Source: an uncultured virus (IMG/VR IMGVR_UViG_3300037325_000280)
Taxonomy: Duplodnaviria; Heunggongvirae; Uroviricota; Caudoviricetes
Reading direction: 5' to 3' (one strand)
Virus record (IMG/VR): IMGVR_UViG_3300037325_000280
Length of the DNA stretch: 64,000 nt
Part shown: positions 49,812 through 58,461 of the stretch, piece by piece
How positions within the stretch are numbered: position 1 is the first letter of the stretch
How the letters are laid out: every line of letters starts with the position of its first letter
Translations under genes and position numbers: made by a program
Notes under the pieces: generated by a model
Told to the model about the DNA's origin: nothing
Databases searched by the model: none
What the model saw: the letters and a program-made list of their open reading frames with translations, nothing else

Positions 49812-50765
49812 ATGAATCCTGAAGAAGAAAACTTACACGAACAATATAAGAACATAGTTCAATCTACTGAAAATAAATCAGAAAAATACAACGATGTGCC
49901 TGTTAATTTAGGTAAAGTTAATATGGATAAATACTCTGGTGAAAAGGCAGAAACATCTGATTTTCATTTAGGATATCACGCTATTCCACTACTTTCATTA
50001 CCATCAGGCGGTATGTTCTATCCAGTAGGAACTGATCTTTCAATTAGATCAGCAAAGGTAGCTGAAATAAGACACTTTTCAACAATAGACGAGACTAATG
50101 TGTTAGACATAGATGAAAAACTAAATCAAATTCTAGAATCATGTATTAGAATAACTTCAGCTGCAACTAGATTATCCTACAAGGACATTTTAGAAGAGGA
50201 TAGATTTTATATTATTCTTTCCATTAGAGATTTAACATTTCCAGAGCCTGAATCTAATTTAAAAATAGATCATACTTCAAAGAAAGGAGGAAGACATGAA
50301 ATTGAGATTAAAAAAGAATACTTCCAATATTTTAAAATACCAGTAGAACTTGATAAATATTACGATAATATAGTAAGGTCATTTCTAATAGAAACACGAT
50401 CATTTGGAACTATCGAAATGAAACCTCCAACTATTGGTGTTATGCAAAAAATTACAGCATACATTAAGGATAAACAACAAAAAGGACAGAAAATAGATCA
50501 GTCAGTATTACAAATAATTCCATATTTACATAAAGATTGGAGAGGATTTAATGATAAAACTATTTTTGATTTTGAAATAGATTTATCAGGATGGTCAAGT
50601 AGCAAATATAATCTAATATACACATTAGCTGAAAAAATGAAAATAGGTGTTCAGCCTAATATGCTAGTTACTATAGGGGACGATGAGGAGGAGGTTCCTA
50701 TTAGTTTTCGTGACGGAATCAAATCTCTTTTCATTGTTCAAAATATCGCTGGAGAACTTCTTTAA
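49812..50765 (+). CDS. gp26-like baseplate hub/tail assembly protein
   Basis: LPSGGMFY, DRFYIILSIR, MKPPTIG, GIKSLF. Confidence 0.65.
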   Translation: MNPEEENLHEQYKNIVQSTENKSEKYNDVPVNLGKVNMDKYSGEKAETSDFHLGYHAIPLLSLPSGGMFYPVGTDLSIRSAKVAEIRHFSTIDETNVLDIDEKLNQILESCIRITSAATRLSYKDILEEDRFYIILSIRDLTFPEPESNLKIDHTSKKGGRHEIEIKKEYFQYFKIPVELDKYYDNIVRSFLIETRSFGTIEMKPPTIGVMQKITAYIKDKQQKGQKIDQSVLQIIPYLHKDWRGFNDKTIFDFEIDLSGWSSSKYNLIYTLAEKMKIGVQPNMLVTIGDDEEEVPISFRDGIKSLFIVQNIAGELL

Positions 50766-50982
50766 GACAAAATTTCATATTTATCTTAAATTACATATGC
50801 AACCTAGTGAACTTGAAAATTTAGAATATTACGAATTCCATTATTTAGTAAAGGACCTAGTAGATTATCTAAAGGAGGAGAATAAACAGAATCAAGGCCA
50901 AAACGATGCCTCATCCGGTATGATGAATAACATGAAAGTACCGAACATGAAGGTACCTAATATGAAAATGCCAAAGATGTAA
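50734..50982 (+). CDS. gp51-like assembly chaperone; start uncertain, overlaps gp26-like 3' end in the +1 frame
   Basis: SLENFFKTKF...PSELENLEYYEF resembles the gp51 core and lies partly upstream of ATG 50798. Confidence 0.55.
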   Translation: MFKISLENFFKTKFHIYLKLHMQPSELENLEYYEFHYLVKDLVDYLKEENKQNQGQNDASSGMMNNMKVPNMKVPNMKMPKM

Positions 50983-50985
50983 AAT

Positions 50986-51013
50986 AAAAGGATCCTTTAA
51001 AGGATCCTTTTTT
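50986..51013 (+). terminator. Intrinsic terminator (palindromic)
   Basis: aaaaggatcctttaaaggatccttttt. Confidence 0.75.
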
Positions 51014-51068
51014 ATTTAGATATATAATCGTATAAGATTTTATTATCCTAAAAAATACAATAAGTCGA

Positions 51069-53753
51069 GTGACTAATAATTCAAAACAACTCTCAATACT
51101 ATTAAACCCGCTATTAAAAATACAGGCTGCTAGTGAGGCAACATCTGAGGCTCTTACACATATAAGTGAAGTAGTTCTTAGTATTAACAAAAGCGGTATC
51201 GATACCGTTACTGAACTTAAAAAACAAACCACACTATTAATCGATATTAAAGAAATGTTAAAGGAGCAAATAAAAGGCTCTTCTAATAATTCATCAACAA
51301 AAAGCAATATGAAATTACCTGGATTAATAGGGGGAATTTCAGCTGGTTTTGCTATTGTTGCAATGGCAGGTGCCCTTGTTGCTGCTTCTGGTTTATTAAA
51401 TATGATGAGTCCTGTTAGTATACCTCAATTACTGACTGCTTTGGCGATTGCAGGTATATTTATTATAATAGCTCCAATATTCGCAGATATAGCAGAATCA
51501 CTTAGAGGAGGAGGATTAATTGCAAGATTAGTTTCGAAAAGGGCCGGCCCAGGTAATCAAGATCCAATGAAAGTTGCAGGTGAAGTATCATTATCTATGG
51601 TTGCAATGGCAGCCGGAATAACAGTATCATCTTATATCTTTTCTTTAATTAAAACAATAACTCTTCCTCAATTTGCAACGGCAGTACTTGTTGGTTTTTC
51701 ATTTATTCCAGTATCTTTTGCTTTTTCTCAAATAGCGGCTGCATTAGAAAAAGGTAAAATAACAATGGACGTAAAGGGGCTTGGTAGAATAGCAATGATA
51801 TCATTATCAATGGCGTCAATTGCATTAGGAATAGTGGCTGCGGCTTATGCATTCTCATTATTACCATCAAACCCGATTGCACCTGACCCTATGTTTGTCC
51901 TAAAATCTGCATTTGCGATTGGACTTTTTGCGATTGGATTTAGTTTTATCATGAGAGCAATCAAGGGTGCAAGTCTAAAGGATATTATATTTGGTTCTTT
52001 GGCTATTCCGGGAATCGCAGTAGCAATCGCAGGAGTAGCATACGCATTTGAATTATTACCAAATGATCCAGCTTCACCTGATCCGATGTTTGTCTTAAAA
52101 TCTGCATTTGCGATTGGATTATTTGCGATTGGTTTTTTCTTTATTATGAAGGCAACAAGGGGAGCTAGTTTACGAGATATTATATTTGGATCTATTGCAA
52201 TACCATTAATGGCGGTTGCTATTACTGGAGTAGCGTTTATTTTTCAAGGGTTAGGTGGAATCGAATACATCTCACCTGAACCTGAATGGGTTCTTAGAAC
52301 AGGATTTGCTCTATTAGTATTCTCAATTCCATTCTATATAATATCTAAAGCGATTAAAGGATTAGGTATTAAGGAATTATTATTTATGACAGTTGCAATT
52401 CCAGTAATTGCATTTGGTATTCTTGCTTCCGCTTGGATTTTTCAAGGATTAACTGGAATGCAATACTTTGCGCCAGAATATGATTGGACACTAAAGACAG
52501 GAGCGGCACTAATATTATTTGGAGCTGTGTTATTTCTTTCAAGTAAAGTGTTAAGTAATATATCAGTAGCATCACTAGGGACAGCACTTATTGGAATTGT
52601 AGTAACTGCGTTTGCAATTATTGCGACGGCATGGATATTATCATACGCTCCTTCTAAATTTATAACACCACCACTTGAATGGACATTAGGTACTGCTGTC
52701 GCATTAGGCGCAATGGCAGTTGCGATTGTTTTACTTGCTCCAGCTGTTACTTTATTAACTCCTATTGGATTTTTAGCAGGCGCACTTGGTATAATTGTAT
52801 CTGCGATTACATTAGTGGCGGTTGGATATATTTTAGCACAATTAGCACCTGTAATGCCAGCACTAAATTCAGTTGCAAAGGGATTTACATCTATATTATT
52901 AGCACCTGTTAATGGTATTGTAGATGTGTTTGCTCGTTTTAAAAATGAGATTGGTATAGAAAATATGCTAGGACTTGCTGTTGGTGTTGCAGCACTAGGT
53001 GGCGCATGGCTAGTATTTACAGCAGCATTAAGCGGTTCAAGTATTATTAGTGGAATAGGCAGCGCTATTGGAGGTATTGCTAGTGGAATAGGAGAATTTT
53101 TTGGTAAAGATAAAATAAATCCAATAGATTTATTAGCAAAACTTGCAGTTATTGCCCCTGATGTTCAAAAACTATCAATACCATTAATGAATGTTGGAAA
53201 AGGATTCGCATTAATTAATAACTCAGCAGATCATGTTATATCTGTTCTTTCTTCACTTGATAAATTGCACAACAACATTAATGTTAGTGATTTTAAAAGT
53301 CAAGCAACGTCATTTAGAAGTATTGCAGGTTCGTATACTGGAATTGCAAACGCAAGTAAAATAATGAATATTAAAGCGATTGATGCAACCACTAATATGT
53401 TTAAAGCATTAGATGATTTAGCTAAAAATGGAGGAGAATCTGCTATGGCGGTTCTTGCAGAAAAATTAATGGTAGCTGTTAAGGAATTAGCCGGAACTGT
53501 CTCGAATCTAGAAAAATCAGTTGATAAACAAGGAACTACTGTTGCAGATACGACTGATGTGTTTGGAAAAACATTAAGTACAATTAAAGATAATTTATCG
53601 ATAGCAAACAAAAAACCATCAAGTAATTCTCAATCTAATTCTACTGTCAACAAAGAACCATTAATGGACATGCAGTCAGTTGTTCAGGCTATTATGGACT
53701 TGGAAGCAAGATTCGATAGTCCATTGAAAATAATAGATATTACAGAACAATAA
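51069..53753 (+). CDS. Tape measure protein with hydrophobic ~65-aa repeats
   Basis: Follows tube and chaperone genes; Ala/Gly-rich; PDPMFVLKSAFAIGLF repeated at 195-nt spacing (51882, 52077). Confidence 0.75.
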   Translation: MTNNSKQLSILLNPLLKIQAASEATSEALTHISEVVLSINKSGIDTVTELKKQTTLLIDIKEMLKEQIKGSSNNSSTKSNMKLPGLIGGISAGFAIVAMAGALVAASGLLNMMSPVSIPQLLTALAIAGIFIIIAPIFADIAESLRGGGLIARLVSKRAGPGNQDPMKVAGEVSLSMVAMAAGITVSSYIFSLIKTITLPQFATAVLVGFSFIPVSFAFSQIAAALEKGKITMDVKGLGRIAMISLSMASIALGIVAAAYAFSLLPSNPIAPDPMFVLKSAFAIGLFAIGFSFIMRAIKGASLKDIIFGSLAIPGIAVAIAGVAYAFELLPNDPASPDPMFVLKSAFAIGLFAIGFFFIMKATRGASLRDIIFGSIAIPLMAVAITGVAFIFQGLGGIEYISPEPEWVLRTGFALLVFSIPFYIISKAIKGLGIKELLFMTVAIPVIAFGILASAWIFQGLTGMQYFAPEYDWTLKTGAALILFGAVLFLSSKVLSNISVASLGTALIGIVVTAFAIIATAWILSYAPSKFITPPLEWTLGTAVALGAMAVAIVLLAPAVTLLTPIGFLAGALGIIVSAITLVAVGYILAQLAPVMPALNSVAKGFTSILLAPVNGIVDVFARFKNEIGIENMLGLAVGVAALGGAWLVFTAALSGSSIISGIGSAIGGIASGIGEFFGKDKINPIDLLAKLAVIAPDVQKLSIPLMNVGKGFALINNSADHVISVLSSLDKLHNNINVSDFKSQATSFRSIAGSYTGIANASKIMNIKAIDATTNMFKALDDLAKNGGESAMAVLAEKLMVAVKELAGTVSNLEKSVDKQGTTVADTTDVFGKTLSTIKDNLSIANKKPSSNSQSNSTVNKEPLMDMQSVVQAIMDLEARFDSPLKIIDITEQ

Positions 53754-53763
53754 AATTAAGTAG

Positions 53764-53792
53764 TGAAACATATTTATAACATGTTATATAAT
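53764..53792 (+). promoter_or_regulatory. Class II promoter TGAAAC-N17-TATAAT
   Basis: Exact motif. Confidence 0.65.
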
Positions 53793-53811
53793 ATTCAAGA
53801 TAATATATCAT

Positions 53812-54084
53812 ATGCAAACTAAAGAATCTATAATCGAAACTCTTCTAGAAAATAAACACATAACAGTGGAGCAGGCTGTTATTCTTTTAAAAGATAGCCA
53901 TATATCATATGGACAAATAAGATATGTAACTCCTCCAGCAACTCAAATATTGCCATGGATACAGCCAAATAATCCTTTTAATCCTAATATGCCATATACC
54001 ACTCCAATATGTAATGAATATTTTACATCAGGTAGCACGACTACTGGTAGTACTGCTCCTGTTAATTCTGAATTTCTCAGGTAA
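53812..54084 (+). CDS. Hypothetical Pro/Thr-rich protein
   Basis: 90-aa ORF after promoter. Confidence 0.55.
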   Translation: MQTKESIIETLLENKHITVEQAVILLKDSHISYGQIRYVTPPATQILPWIQPNNPFNPNMPYTTPICNEYFTSGSTTTGSTAPVNSEFLR

Positions 54085-54100
54085 CACGTAACACATCTAA

Positions 54101-54139
54101 ACACAAAGGATGTAGTTTTACGTAGTATATCCTTTGTGT
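54101..54139. terminator. Hairpin, possible terminator
   Basis: acacaaaggatgta...tatatcctttgtgt. Confidence 0.5.
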
Positions 54140-54170
54140 ACCTTATATCACTCTAATTTGATCTGATAAT

Positions 54171-54229
54171 TTAACAAAGATTTAACACTTTAAATTTTCA
54201 TAATGTCTATATATTGATTATATTTACAT
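54171..54229 (+). promoter_or_regulatory. Class I promoter: TTAACA-N5-TTAACA ... TGATTATATTTACAT
   Basis: Same architecture at 54805, 55539, 59513 and 61063. Confidence 0.7.
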
Positions 54230-54251
54230 ATAACAATTAAACACCACTATC

Positions 54252-54455
54252 ATGAAAAGAAGAAGCGTCCTATTATCACTTTCAATATTTTTTATTGTTT
54301 TGTTAGCACCTATTGTTATTAACTACATTATAAAAGGTGCATGTTTTATCTTACTACAGATATTTCAATCCCCTGGATTTACAATAGCAATATTATCAAT
54401 AATTGCAAGTATTTGTCTGATTATTATTACTGTTATTAACTTTCTAAAAAAATAA
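54252..54455 (+). CDS. Small membrane protein
   Basis: Two hydrophobic segments. Confidence 0.55.
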   Translation: MKRRSVLLSLSIFFIVLLAPIVINYIIKGACFILLQIFQSPGFTIAILSIIASICLIIITVINFLKK

Positions 54456-54457
54456 TT

Positions 54458-54790
54458 ATGTCAATATCTTACGAAAAGAACATACGATTTGAAAATTCAA
54501 ATAAAATGAAATATGAAAGATTCGAAATATACGCGTGGATTAACAGGTCAATTGAATCTTGTATACATCTAAATCAATTAGTGGCATGCCGTACTTTAAT
54601 ATCTAGATTTAATATAATGTATAATGATACTGATTTAACTGAGAATTTACGATGGTATGCTAATCAAAAAATATACTCTTTTTCAAATAAAAATAAATTA
54701 AATGGTAAGAGATTGTGTGATTGTCACGAGGAAGAATTAATACAAAATCATAATGTAAATACCAAAGAACATCCAGGTGATTATGATTAA
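54458..54790 (+). CDS. Hypothetical protein
   Basis: 110-aa ORF. Confidence 0.55.
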   Translation: MSISYEKNIRFENSNKMKYERFEIYAWINRSIESCIHLNQLVACRTLISRFNIMYNDTDLTENLRWYANQKIYSFSNKNKLNGKRLCDCHEEELIQNHNVNTKEHPGDYD

Positions 54791-54804
54791 TTTAAAACAA
54801 AAAT

Positions 54805-54860
54805 TTAACAAAAATTTAACACTAATTATTTCTTTATTAACCCAAAATTGATTAGATTTA
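54805..54860 (+). promoter_or_regulatory. Class I promoter upstream of the ncRNA cluster
   Basis: TTAACA at 54805 and 54816, TAGATTTA at 54853 (same 37-nt offset as the other copies). Confidence 0.65.
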
Positions 54861-54886
54861 TATATAATAATTGATCAAGTAATAAA

Positions 54887-55503
54887 AATTCATAAACGCA
54901 TCTAAACGGGCAGTAGGAGATGATGAATTAAAATAAATTGTATAATAAGCAAGAAATAGTCAACTTAAGATAAGGCTAAAGTACTGTATGAAAAAATATC
55001 CGAAAAGGGTTTAAGGCACACGAGTCAATTCCTAATGGAGAATAACGAAGCTCATGGTATCAATCAAACGCCTCCACGTGGCGATACTGGAAATTAGTTA
55101 TGAACCTCGGCCGAGGAAAGCAACTAAAACTAAGTTTGAAAAATAGGTAACTGATGAATGTGGTTCGAGTCCGCACCCGTAATAGCCAAAGGGTTGAAGC
55201 ATTGAGGATGATGCATAAGTTATAACAGGTCTGCAGGCCTGGGTACGTCCGGTTAAAGTCGTAGCACTACAGACAAGAGGTTCGAATCCTCTGTACCCAC
55301 TAATAGATTACATGAGTTTGAGCCTCATTTGGCCTTTAAGAAATAAGGGTCGATAGTTTAATAAAGAATAAAACAATCTAATAAAAAAATGTATTAGTCG
55401 AAGTCAAAAGCTCGAAAGCTGCGCCTTAACTGGTAAGCTACAGTCAATCCCTGACTGACGTATAAATATAGGCTGGTGAAGCCCAGAAGACTAATACATT
55501 TTT
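54887..55503 (+). ncRNA. Cluster of structured non-coding RNA domains including three T-arm tRNA mimics and a Y-RNA-like stem
   Basis: No ORF of 60 aa or more, GC higher than flanks, many hairpins; T-arms at 55159-55175, 55276-55292, 55312-55328; 15-bp closing stem 55385-55399/55489-55503. Confidence 0.7.
55240..55300 (+). ncRNA. Non-canonical mini tRNA-like element (acceptor stem plus T-arm, no D-stem, no clear anticodon loop)
   Basis: tgggtac/gtaccca 7-bp stem; agagg-TTCGAAT-cctct. Confidence 0.65.
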
Positions 55504-55538
55504 ATTTTCATGAAAAAATCAATTTAAATAGATAAAAA

Positions 55539-55597
55539 TTAACAAAGTTTTAACACTTTAAATTTTTAATAGTTCAATATATTGATTATATTTACAT
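55539..55597 (+). promoter_or_regulatory. Class I promoter
   Basis: TTAACA at 55539 and 55550; TATATTTA at 55587. Confidence 0.7.
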
Positions 55598-55620
55598 ATA
55601 CAAATTAAAACAATCATATT

Positions 55621-55776
55621 ATGAAATTAATCTACATGGAACAAACGTTAAATCTAATTGCTCAAACCCAGTTAGAGTTTATAAGTGAATTAGTAAAAAC
55701 AGGTAAAATTATTCAATTAGAAAAAATTGCATACTTATTAATTGAAGATAATATTAATATCGAAAATAAAATATAA
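55621..55776 (+). CDS. Small hypothetical protein (51 aa)
   Basis: Read manually: MKLIYMEQTLNLIAQ...; first ATG after the promoter. Confidence 0.5.
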   Translation: MKLIYMEQTLNLIAQTQLEFISELVKTGKIIQLEKIAYLLIEDNINIENKI

Positions 55777-55778
55777 TT

Positions 55779-55994
55779 ATGGAAAAATTAGGAGCAGGTT
55801 TAGTTGTAATTTTCACAGGTTTAGCACTTATTTTATTTGCATGTGTTATATGTGCATGGCCAGTACAATTATTATGGAATGGATGTTTATTAACAGCAGT
55901 GGATGGAGTACATGAAATATCATTCTGGCAGGCATTAGGATTAAACTTCCTATTTTCAATATTATTTAAAGCAAACGTAAAAACAGCAAAATAA
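55779..55994 (+). CDS. Small membrane protein
   Basis: LWNG...ISFWQALGL...ILFK, common phage membrane-protein pattern. Confidence 0.65.
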   Translation: MEKLGAGLVVIFTGLALILFACVICAWPVQLLWNGCLLTAVDGVHEISFWQALGLNFLFSILFKANVKTAK

Positions 55995-56443
55995 TGGAAA
56001 CAATCATATTCGATCTAGATGGAACTCTAGCACATATAGATGAACGTAAGGCAAAAGCAACAAAACCAGATGGGAAAATAAATTGGCAGGTTTTCTTTGC
56101 ACCTGAGAACATCCAGATGGATAAGCCAAATGCAGCTGTGATTCTTATGTTTATGGCACTTAAGAATGTAGGATATAATATGGTTATTTTTAGCGGTAGA
56201 GATGCAGTTAGTAGAAATGAAACGGTAGTTTGGTTAAATCAGCATGGAATTTTTCCGGATGAATTAAAAATGAGAAAAACAGGAACATTTACACCTGATA
56301 ATATACTAAAGAAACTCTGGCTAGAAGATCTTCGCAAAGAAGGACACTACGTTATATGTTCATATGATGATAGGGACAAGGTTGTTAAAATGTGGAGAGA
56401 TAATGGAGTACCTTGTATGCAGGTTGCAGAAGGAAACTTTTAA
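55994..56443 (+). CDS. HAD-family polynucleotide 3'-phosphatase (PseT C-terminal domain-like)
   Basis: FDLDGTLA, FSGR, LKMR, DDRDKVVKMWR. Confidence 0.85.
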   Translation: METIIFDLDGTLAHIDERKAKATKPDGKINWQVFFAPENIQMDKPNAAVILMFMALKNVGYNMVIFSGRDAVSRNETVVWLNQHGIFPDELKMRKTGTFTPDNILKKLWLEDLRKEGHYVICSYDDRDKVVKMWRDNGVPCMQVAEGNF

Positions 56444-56455
56444 TAAAAAAGTAAG

Positions 56456-56641
56456 ATGATATTAACATATTTTATAATAGGATTTGTATTTTCAGTTTTA
56501 ATGAAAATAACAAGAGACGAAATCTTAAAATCACAACCTGATTATCCAACGTATAGTAATACTAATATAATAGTAATGATAATATTGTGGCCTATATTCC
56601 TATATGTGTTTGTAGCCGCATTATATAAAGCATCCAAATAA
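56456..56641 (+). CDS. Small membrane protein
   Basis: Two hydrophobic helices, ILWPIF. Confidence 0.55.
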   Translation: MILTYFIIGFVFSVLMKITRDEILKSQPDYPTYSNTNIIVMIILWPIFLYVFVAALYKASK

Positions 56642-56643
56642 AT

Positions 56644-57438
56644 ATGCCAGAATTAGCAGAATTACGCCTAACTGCGTCGTACATTAACAAAGTATCAAAG
56701 GGACTAACATTTAATAAAATAGCAAAAAATCCAATTCACAAGGGAATTGAAGTTGTTTCTCCATTTGAAACATTTAAAATCAGTGCAGAGAGCAGAGGAA
56801 AGGAATTGTTACTTTATTTAAATGATAGTAAAGTAACATTTCCTATTAGAATGAATATGGGAATGGCAGGTCATTTTCAAATAACAGAAACCGGTAAAGA
56901 ATCAACGCATGCTCATCTTAAGTTTTACTCAGATAATGGAAAGACTTTAAGTTTTGTAGATGTTAGAAGATTTGGAAAGTGGAAACCAGATAATGAATGG
57001 TCAGACAACAGAGGACCCGATCCTACTCTAGAATTCAATAAATTCGTACTGAATATAACCGATAATTTGAATAAAAGTGAATTTAGTAAACCAATTCATT
57101 TAGTGTTAATGAACCAAAAATACTTTAATGGTATTGGCAATTATTTGCGGGCAGAAATACTCTACAGAATACCTTTGGCAAATCCATTTCTTTCTGCTAG
57201 AGAAATAATTACACAATATCCCGTCATATTGAATTTATGTAAAGATATTCCAACATTAGCATATATTAGAGGTGGAGGAAGTATTAGAGATTGGAAGAAT
57301 CCATTCGGGGAAGACTCATTGCATACTTCGTTTTTTAAATGCTATTCAAATCATCTTATGTCAAATATAGTCGACAAGAATAACCGTAGATTTTGGTATA
57401 ATCCAAAATGGGATAATCAAATAAAGCAAACAATATGA
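56644..57438 (+). CDS. nei: Fpg/Nei DNA glycosylase, zincless-finger type
   Basis: MPELAE, RGKEL, DVRRFG, NQKYFNGIGNYLRAEILY; no C4 zinc finger. Confidence 0.88.
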   Translation: MPELAELRLTASYINKVSKGLTFNKIAKNPIHKGIEVVSPFETFKISAESRGKELLLYLNDSKVTFPIRMNMGMAGHFQITETGKESTHAHLKFYSDNGKTLSFVDVRRFGKWKPDNEWSDNRGPDPTLEFNKFVLNITDNLNKSEFSKPIHLVLMNQKYFNGIGNYLRAEILYRIPLANPFLSAREIITQYPVILNLCKDIPTLAYIRGGGSIRDWKNPFGEDSLHTSFFKCYSNHLMSNIVDKNNRRFWYNPKWDNQIKQTI

Positions 57439-57914
57439 AAGGAAAAATTGCAATAGTAGGTGCTGCTGCCAGTGGTAAGGATTATTTACGAAAAAGAATG
57501 GAAATCAAAAATCTCACATTCGGCGTTTCATGTACTACAAGACCTTCTAGGACTGGAGAATCTGAAGGAAAGGATTACTATTTTACAACTGACGCTGAAT
57601 TTGATGCTTTAGTAAGTACTGATCAATTAGTAGAATTTCAAAATTTCAATGGTTGGAGGTATGGTATTACTAAAGATGAATTTGAAAAATGTGATGTTTT
57701 AATATTAAACGCAGATGCGGTTACACTACTTACTCCTTATTATAGGAATAGAATTTTTGTAGTATATTTAGAAATAACAGAGAGTGTTAGAAGAGAAAGA
57801 CTAGATTCACGTGGAGATAAGGATGATCTTATTGAAAGAAGAATAGCTGCAGATCAAGAACAATTCGGAAACTTTTTAAACTTTGACTGTAAAATAACTA
57901 ATGAAGATTTTTAA
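57435..57914 (+). CDS. gmk: Guanylate kinase-like NMP kinase
   Basis: GAAASGKD, TTRPSR.GE.EGKDYYF, WRYG. Confidence 0.85.
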   Translation: MKGKIAIVGAAASGKDYLRKRMEIKNLTFGVSCTTRPSRTGESEGKDYYFTTDAEFDALVSTDQLVEFQNFNGWRYGITKDEFEKCDVLILNADAVTLLTPYYRNRIFVVYLEITESVRRERLDSRGDKDDLIERRIAADQEQFGNFLNFDCKITNEDF

Positions 57915-57941
57915 TAATATATAATACCTAAAACAAATAAC

Positions 57942-58457
57942 ATGGCGAAAGCAAAAACTATTACTGAACTAAAGGATTTAAGAACTCAATTAGAAACTGA
58001 AGTTAATCAGGCACAAACTGATATGGCTGCTAAATTATACTTAGTGAATTTAGAAAGCACACGAAACGTCAACGCTATTCTTAAGCAAATTGACAAGAGT
58101 TACACTTGGAATATTAAAAACGCAGCTTTCTTAGTTAATCTATATGATACTATTTCTGATCAAAAGAAATTAAAGGCTAATGTTGACATGTTAACATTGA
58201 CAGAGATTGGTCTGAATAGTGTACAAATTAACACACTATACACTGTGCTAACTAACATTACTGGAAATGGTATTGAAGCTGCTAGACATTTTACTAGACT
58301 TTTAACAAATGTAGGTTCTCAGATATCAGATGCTCTTCGGGAAATGGCAGATGATAATAAGATTATTCAGGAAAAGCATGTTACATTGGCGGAATTAGAC
58401 CTTAAAATCGAAAATGATTCTGAGCCTACTCTCGCTACCGAGGACATAACAAACTAA
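57942..58457 (+). CDS. Hypothetical helical protein
   Basis: 171-aa ORF. Confidence 0.6.
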   Translation: MAKAKTITELKDLRTQLETEVNQAQTDMAAKLYLVNLESTRNVNAILKQIDKSYTWNIKNAAFLVNLYDTISDQKKLKANVDMLTLTEIGLNSVQINTLYTVLTNITGNGIEAARHFTRLLTNVGSQISDALREMADDNKIIQEKHVTLAELDLKIENDSEPTLATEDITN

Positions 58458-58461
58458 TATT

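Noticed and set aside
51069..53753. Membrane transporter call for the hydrophobic 894-aa ORF
   Set aside because: Position after tube and chaperone genes and the periodic repeats fit a tape measure protein better
55148..55300. tmRNA (one- or two-piece) or canonical tRNA
   Set aside because: No Ala acceptor identity (G3:U70, TCCACCA end), no tag reading frame identified, no 7-nt anticodon loop with a proper stem
55441..55480. Hammerhead ribozyme suggested by CTGACG and CGAAA
   Set aside because: Core would need CUGANGA and three correctly placed stems; the sequence reads CTGACGT
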